Shown here piece after piece: positions 56,653-64,000 of a DNA stretch of 64,000 bases (its first letter is position 1; every line of letters starts with the position of its first letter). The notes under the pieces were generated by a model that searched no databases, was not told the origin of the DNA, and saw only the letters and a list, made by a program, of their open reading frames with translations. The position numbers and the translations under genes were made by a program. The stretch comes from Tubiluchus corallicola. Lineage: Eukaryota > Animalia > Priapulida. The stretch lies in NCBI GenBank assembly GCA_030141605.1, contig JAQGDQ010000107.1, positions 186,001-250,000 of the forward strand, written 5' to 3'.

Positions 56653-56732
56653 ATGTGCAAATATCGACACTTAAAAGTGTTGCATGAAACGCTGCTTTTA
56701 ATATCTTTTTGTAGTTTGAGTGCGTATTCATG
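56653..56732 (+). CDS. Wnt8: Wnt8 coding exon 1 (signal peptide)
   Basis: MCKYRHLKVLHETLLLISFCSLSAYS(W), donor TG|gtaagt in phase 2 completes TGG with the next exon. Confidence 0.8.
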
Positions 56733-58737
56733 GTAAGTTTTTGTCACTCTACTAGTTTTTTAAATATTTTAAAAGGGCGTTTGTGCGAAAATGTTTATAC
56801 ACCTGTCTTCGTACATATATAAAAATTTGCTTCATTGTGTAATAATGTTTAGTTTTCTAGGTGATTAATTCGTTAATCCCAAAGATATTCGCTTTTCGAC
56901 ATTTATTATTATTGGTAGGAAAATAGTAATTAGATTATTTAAAATTAAATGTTATTTTTACAATTTAAGAAAAGATTAATACACGAAATTAATTTCAGTC
57001 AGGTTTTGTAATTTGCGTTTACAGTGCGAAGCTTGCATATGTTGACTTTTGACTGATATAAATAATTATATAAACAGTCAAATAATTTTCTTTATTTTGT
57101 ACGTTCGATTTACAACTTGAGTATTTGTACTCCCGCGTATTTTTACAACCTAATTTTGATATACAATTTGGATTTATTTTATTAAGAATAAAATAACTAT
57201 AGGAGAAAAAATTGTGAAACCAACTATTAGTTATTTCATCAATAAAATAATGAAACGAGAAAAAAAGAAAAAGTTCTTGTCACTTAAACTATTGCATATT
57301 GCATATAGACTTAGACTTTCAATATTGCAAATGACGCGGATTTTGTCAAAGGGCTAAAAGTGATGACGAAAACGTTTCTATTGACGTTTCATAGACAAAA
57401 TTAGGTTAAGTAAACGGATATAAAATAAAAACCAAACCTCGATATTCTTGGAATATAGTCCTGTATGATCTCTAATTGGCCATATTTATATAAACAGCCT
57501 AATTAACATTCGTGCGTGCAGGTAAGCCAAAGCCGTCATACATTTTCATAAACTTATTGTGATGTATTTAGTAAGTCTTAAAAAGCAAGGTTGGCAGATA
57601 AATTCACCAAAGTACCAAACTTTATATTTACTCGGTAAAAGTCATTAGTCGGTACAAACACAGTGACATTAGTAACCTCTTTGATTAATGAATACAACTG
57701 TGGGTAAATCTAGAATAAATGTAGAATTTTGATTATGAATATCACCACATTTTACACTATGACAATTACAAAAAGGCGTAGTTAAATTTCCTAAAATAAA
57801 AGAACATGTGAAACAAAGCAGATCAAAGAATTGGTTTGAAATTTGCTCAAATAATTCGAAATTTTTTACCATTATAAAATCGAAATAACTGAAAAGTTAA
57901 CGAAATTGAGAATTTTTTTTCACCATTTAAATAGGCTAAGTTTTCTTCCCTGGTTGTACATTTTATCAGTTAAATAAAATTCATCTCGTATGCAAACTTT
58001 AGATACTGCCGTACTAATAGCAATTAATTTATAATTGGCGTTCTAAGTTATAATTATTATTTATTGTTATGAGAAGCATTTTAACAAACAACAAGTACGA
58101 CTTTAAAACCGTTTACTTTGCCCTAGCAGTACGCAAAACCTTCGAGTTATTTTTTTTTAAATTATAGCGCAGATTTTGGATACTTCCTCCCCAGAATATT
58201 CGTTTTTAAAGCATAAGAAAAACGTAAACGTAGTTTAGCTATAGCAGTTGATATAATATATTAATAACGTTTATAGCATCATGATATGCGTAACAATATT
58301 AGGCGATCCAGTATCCAGCAATCGAGTATCCACATGACAGCTTCAATCTGTTCTTATATCATTTGATGCTACAGTTGTCTACAAATAAGTCTTATAAATT
58401 TTGTTCTTCAATTGAGTTCTTTAATTGAGTGTTATATTTGTTAAACTTTTTATATTTTTAACTATCTGACATGATTTTGTTGTAATCACTTCGTTCATTG
58501 TAAGCCTGTGTTTTTATCCGTGTGACTGACCATTTAGACTCATCGTTACCGCTATTAATTAGGACTAACTCTTTACAACTTTGTATGTGATGTATTGTTA
58601 ATATACTTTATCTCTGTTAGTCAACAAATTCTATTCAATTCAATGTCATGCATACTAGCTAACACGACATTTTTAACACAAGAAATGCGCAAATAATTTA
58701 CACCTAAAACAAATAATCTATTTGTTTTTATTTTTAG

Positions 58738-58771
58738 GACGGTGAACAATTTCCTGATGACTGGTCCCAAG
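58738..58771 (+). CDS. Wnt8: Wnt8 coding exon 2 (34 nt)
   Basis: tttttag|G ... AAG|gtgag; (W)TVNNFLMTGPK, the diagnostic Wnt8 N-terminal motif. Confidence 0.93.
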
Positions 58772-59592
58772 GTGAGAAATTTGTGCGTTTTTTACAAATA
58801 CAAAACATGCAAGTTTAGTTAACATAAAAGCCACTACAATTGCGAGTTAGAAACTTTTAAATAAAGTTTATACGAATTATTAATATAAAAAATCTGTATA
58901 TAAAATTGCAGCGTATATATACGTCAATTAAATTATAATTGGAAAATGTTGAATGTATGGAAAAATTCTTTTAAGATTTTACTCAGGTTAGCTAGTATGG
59001 CCTGTTGTACCTTCTGAATGCAGATTTGGCGTTCACTGTTCAGACTAGCGATTTTTGTTTTGTTCGTTTGTTCCCCTTTATGATGTGTTATAAAGTTTGC
59101 ACAATGCACATCTACTGAAGGCATATTTTTAACGTAAAATAAAATGTTAAGCATTATTAGTGTTCAAAAATTTTTCGTATTAATCATAAAAATGAAAGAG
59201 AATTTAAAGCAAAACCGTATCCAATCTTAAACTTTAAGTCAAAACAATACAGTCTTTAAAATGTTGAAAGGAAACGTACTTTTTTTCAAAAATGACTTAC
59301 GTGAAAGAATTATTACCACACAAACACAATTTCACGTTCTTGACACTAGTTCTTCGCTGTTACATGCATTTCACTATACGCTAGTTATACGGGCAATAGC
59401 GCCTGTACTTCTCAGTTCAGATGTGTTAGTTTGTGACGAACTACACACGTTCGATAGCTCATGCATGAGTGCAGCGGTAAACTTGAAATTTGAACTTTTT
59501 TTTATCTTAAAACTTGCCGAGTTTTAATACAACACACTGAATCTCATACAGAAGTACCGTACTTCAATTTTCCCTTTTACAAACACGTACAA

Positions 59593-60448
59593 CATGTGGA
59601 ATGTATTTGCTGTTGAAAATTACGTTAGTTTTTTATGTAATCAACAGTTGGGCTCGCCCGTTGTTAATTAAGATTTTAATGTATTATATAATTATCAGAA
59701 ACGCTGTTGCAGTATTATTTGTGTTAAAATGTATACTTTTACCGTACTTGAATATGAAAAATCATTCTGTCTTCTTTTAAAGTATGAGAATTATACTATA
59801 TTTGACCCAGTTAATTTTACATAGGCATACCTTTTTTAATTATTATATTTATTAATATATGATTTGGTGATGCACTAATTTTTAAGACGGGCTGAAAGTC
59901 ACCGCCAATTTTTCCCGAAAGACTTCCTTGCAAAAATATTCTCGTGGGAAAATTTGTTCCTTTTTGTGCCCTATTGCAACCGTATAAACTGGATCACAAG
60001 TAAGATGAAAACACTCCATTCATGTGGAATGTATTTGCTGTTGAAAATTACGTTAGTTTTTTATGTAATCAACAGTTGGGCTCGCCCGTTGTTAATTAAG
60101 ATTTTAATGTATTATATAATTATCAGAAACGCTGTTGCAGTATTATTTGTGTTAAAATGTATACTTTTACCGTACTTGAATATGAAAAATCATTCTGTCT
60201 TCTTTTAAAGTATGAGAATTATACTATATTTGACCCAGTTAATTTTACATAGGCATACCTTTTTTAATTATTATATTTATTAATATATGATTTGGTGATG
60301 CACTAATTTTTAAGACGGGCTGAAAGTCACCGCCAATTTTTCCCGAAAGACTTCCTTGCAAAAATATTCTCGTGGGAAAATTTGTTCCTTTTTGTGCCCT
60401 ATTGCAACCGTATAAACTGGATCACAAGTAAGATGAAAACACTCCATT
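59593..60448. repeat. 428-bp tandem duplication (59593-60020 / 60021-60448)
   Basis: The two copies appear identical by eye, from CATGTGGAATG to AACACTCCATT. Confidence 0.93.
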
Positions 60449-61790
60449 TAAACCAGTAAGCCATCCCATTCTGAATGGACTCCGCATAACCTGTCTGCTC
60501 TGCATTATGCCTTTATTAAGCTAATCTCAAGGCTCTGGATTATCTCGCGGTAGATTATCATGTTTAACATAACACATTGGGTGCGTGTAATATGTAATGA
60601 TAGGAAAGTATTGTCTTGTTAATCACCTATTATACCTTGACAATACGGATGCACTATAATCTCTAAACGTCGGTATGTATTCATGGTTTGTTGTTTGGAC
60701 ATGATACAGCCATCCGTCCATAGTCTAGCTTTAGTACATTGACCAGGATATTGGGATTTTAAGTCCTGTGCGATCTTGTTCAACGTGCTCTTGTTTTTGT
60801 TTGTTATTTCTTGGCCCCATTGCTATTTCTTGTTCTGATTGTCTCCTAAGTAAAAATATGATCTGTTCTTGAACACGAATTTGCAGTAGTGGTTTATTTG
60901 CTGTTTGTTGTTAAACTTGAAACTATTCTCTTCGTCAGAGTGCGTTTTATCCAAATTCATTGGACGGCTTTTGAGCAATCTCTGGAGCATAACTGAAAGA
61001 TGAAATGATTAGACCTTTCATTACGCTTGCTTGCTAGTTTTATATACATATTGGTTTTTCGTTTTTTCATAGGGTGCCATCTGTCATTTGCCAAAACTTT
61101 TCTGTACGATGTGTTATCAAAGATCAGTGCTTAGCTGAAATTCGTGCACTTTTGAAATGATTAAAAATTTAAAGAAACGATTAATATACAAAAATGATTT
61201 TAGTTAATTTCTGCAATTTGTATTTACAGAGGCAGACGTTCAGTTGTGAGTACTACAAATAATGGTACATTTTGTGTAAAAAAAGTAATTTTCTTTATTT
61301 TGTACTTAGCGTTTCTTTAGATAGTTTGATATACTATTCGGATTAAGAATAAATCAACATTCTTAGAAAAGGCTGTGGAATGAATTACTAAAAATTATCA
61401 CCAAAAAGGGGAAAATAAAACAGAAAACAAGGAATTCAGAACTTTTGTTTTCCGATACTGCAAACGACGAGCATTTTAGAGGTAAAAGAGGTAACAAAAA
61501 CATTTCTATGGACGTTTTGTAGTCAGATTTTAAAGTTGAGTAAATAGATATAAAATAAAAAGCGAAGCTCAATATTCCTGCGGCATAATATTCTGTATGC
61601 TCTGTAATTGGTCACATTTATTTGTGAAGCACAGCCTGATAAGCATGCAGGGTAAATCAAGTGCAGCCATACCTAATCTAACAAACATTAATGAAGATTT
61701 TATTAATTTTTTAAACAGCAAGCTTAAATAAACTAAATCTTTCTTATACGTGCTTTCTTTCTCACGTTAATCTTATGTGTTAGATAACAG

Positions 61791-61793
<3 letters not shown>

Positions 61794-61828
<35 letters not shown>

Positions 61829-61869
61829 ATATATATATATATATATATACACATATATACACACACACA

Positions 61870-61942
<73 letters not shown>
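61794..61942. repeat. (AT)n/(AC)n microsatellite
   Basis: Read directly from the sequence. Confidence 0.93.
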
Positions 61943-63377
61943 CATTTCATTCGTACTCGTGGAACAATCACATAAAATAAACAAACAGATTAACAAGCAA
62001 AATAACATTAGTCAACAAGAATAGTAAGCAATGTGAATATATACCGTTAAGTGAGAGTAAGATATGCTAGTATGGCGTACAACTCATTCCTGTCAGAAAA
62101 TTAAAACAATTACGTTCTAGAGCCCAAGTAACTTCGGTAATGAAATTTACAGTCCGTATTTGTTCTTTGCTAACATTACTTTTTACATCTCATGTACAGG
62201 AAAAAACTTTAGAAAGAAAATTTTCATTTGTGTAAAAAGTTTTGTACTCGTTACAAATAGATAACAAATTATAACCCATTACAAGAGCCATGAAATCGAG
62301 AATTGTGTGTAAAAAAATTGGCTATGCGATTTTCACTATTTAAACAACTATGGTAAATTTAACAAACGGTTTCTGTAACTGTTTAACTGGCGGAACGATA
62401 TCACATATAAAAGGAAGACAGTATTTGTGTGATCTAAACAGTAAATTCCAAAGTTTTCTTACAGCAACATTCCAAGCTGTACTTAATTTAGATTAATATC
62501 TATTCCTGTGTGATTACAAGCTTTGTTGGAGTATTTATTTCAAAAAATGTTATTAACCCCTTCACCGGAAGTCGGAAATACATTGCTCAACAAGTAGCAA
62601 TGCTTGCTTCTCCTGTTAGGTCCATACTAGTTATTGACCACTGCCTCTAAATCCGACCAGCCAAAGTCTGGACACGCTTGTCGGTAACTTCAGGGGAGCT
62701 GAATTAGGCTAATAACTTCGAATCGTGTTCGAGTATGGTGTAACAATAAGGTAATTGGCGCCTGCCACACGACGAGGTGCAAATAGCAAACAAAAATTTC
62801 CGCAACTCTATTGAGTTTTAGCCGACTGGCAAATTTGGCTTATTAACCCTCGAATGAGTTAATTAATGACGTAGCTACCGAAGCGTTAGATATGATTTCA
62901 CAGAGGAATTGTACGAAAAACGTTGGTGTTCATTTTTGACTTGTTCTATTATACCGAGAAAATAACTAAATGGTCAAGGTGCAGGACTAGTTATGAAGTT
63001 AAGCATCGTCGAGCCTGATGAGTAACAGGCAGGAAATCTGCTTCTTATTACTTTAATTTCCCGTATACTGTCACATGCTACAGTAGCTCTTTTCTTTTGA
63101 GGGGGATGCACAATTAAGGCCAAGGCACCCCTGTTGATTCAGTGTCTCATTTAAAAAAATATCTTTGATATTGAAGAGATTTCATTCCCGCCACAATCAT
63201 TTCACGTTAGTAAAAGACTTTCTCGTTGTGTAGCAGCTTGTAATGTTGGTTGTGGCTTGTGTGACTAATAATGTACTGCTTTATAGGCTGAACGATGTTT
63301 CTATGAATTGATTGACTGATTACTAGCTGATTGATTGGTTTTATTTTCCTTTTCCTTTTTTCTTTCTTTTGGCGACT

Positions 63378-63610
63378 CCATTCATTCATTCATTCATTCA
63401 TTCATTCATTCATTCATTCATTCATTCATTCATTCATTCATTCATTCAGTCAGTCAATCATTCATTCATTCGTTCGTTCGTTCATTCATTCATTCGTTCG
63501 TTCGTTCGTTCATTCGTTCATTCATTCATTCAGTCAGTCAGTCAGTCACTCGTTCATTCGTCCATAGAATCAATAATACATTCGTTCACTCATTCTTTCG
63601 TTTTCATTCG
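63378..63610. repeat. (TTCA)n/(TTCG)n microsatellite
   Basis: Read directly from the sequence. Confidence 0.93.
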
Positions 63611-63625
63611 TCCGTTTGTTTTCAG

Positions 63626-63761
63626 GCGTATTTGACGTTTTCTGCGAGTGTGGCAGCAGGAGCACAAATTGGGATGGAAGAGTGCCAGCATCAGTTTGCC
63701 TGGGAGAGATGGAACTGTCCTCGATCGTCATTACCCCTTTATTCTCACAGTGTTCCTGCAG
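63626..63761 (+). CDS. Wnt8: Wnt8 coding exon 3 (gene continues beyond the window)
   Basis: tttcag|GCG ... G|gtaaaa; AYLTFSASVAAGAQIGMEECQHQFAWERWNCPRSSLPLYSHSVPA with the Wnt ECxxQF..RWNC motif. Confidence 0.95.
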
Positions 63762-63769
63762 GTAAAAAT

Positions 63770-63995
63770 ATTATATTATACTATATTATATTATGTTGTG
63801 TTGTGTTATGTTATGTTATGTTATGCTATGTTATGCTATGTTATGTTATATTATGTTATATTATGTTATATTATATTGTATTGTATTGTATTGTGTTGTA
63901 TTGCATTGTGTTGTATTGTATTGCATTGCATTGCATTGCATTGCATTGCATTACATTACATTACATTACATTACATTATATTACATTACATTACT
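63770..63995. repeat. Compound pentanucleotide microsatellite (TTATA/TTATG/TTGTA/TTGCA/TTACA)
   Basis: Read directly from the sequence. Confidence 0.92.
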
Positions 63996-64000
63996 ACATC

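Noticed and set aside
60450-61000. Possible LTR-retrotransposon remnant
   Set aside because: Only vague similarity with many stops; cannot be supported without a search
63010-63045. CTGATGAG...GAAA resembling a hammerhead ribozyme core
   Set aside because: Stem II cannot form (no C before GAAA), and GCCTG/CAGGC pairing sequesters the core

Overview
AT-rich, intron- and microsatellite-rich eukaryotic (invertebrate animal, probably protostome) genomic DNA; nothing prokaryotic and no CRISPR. Manual splicing gives four protein-coding loci, mostly missed or only partly shown by the ORF track. (1) A SIFamide/NPFF-type neuropeptide GPCR locus on +, present as two intact but highly diverged TM3-TM7 exon cassettes (21994-23123 and 26965-32666). 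I could not find a TM1-TM2 exon between or before them, which suggests they share one upstream exon outside the window. (2) A complete 5-exon, 358-aa type-I membrane protein (33828-40002, +) whose 10-Cys ectodomain has scorpion-toxin/defensin (CS-alpha-beta)-like spacing and whose tail has PPxY/LPxY motifs. (3) A convergent 3-exon Ly6/three-finger (quiver/sleepless-like), probably GPI-anchored protein (44197-41732, -). (4) The first three coding exons of Wnt8 (56653-63761, +), which continues beyond the window. Also present: one tRNA-Ile(AAT), a young 5'-truncated LINE, an R2-like RT fragment, several decayed LINEs, hAT-type MITEs with 8-bp TSDs, tRNA-derived SINE heads, mini- and microsatellites, a 428-bp tandem duplication and long inverted repeats. 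All homology calls are from motif recognition, not database searches.
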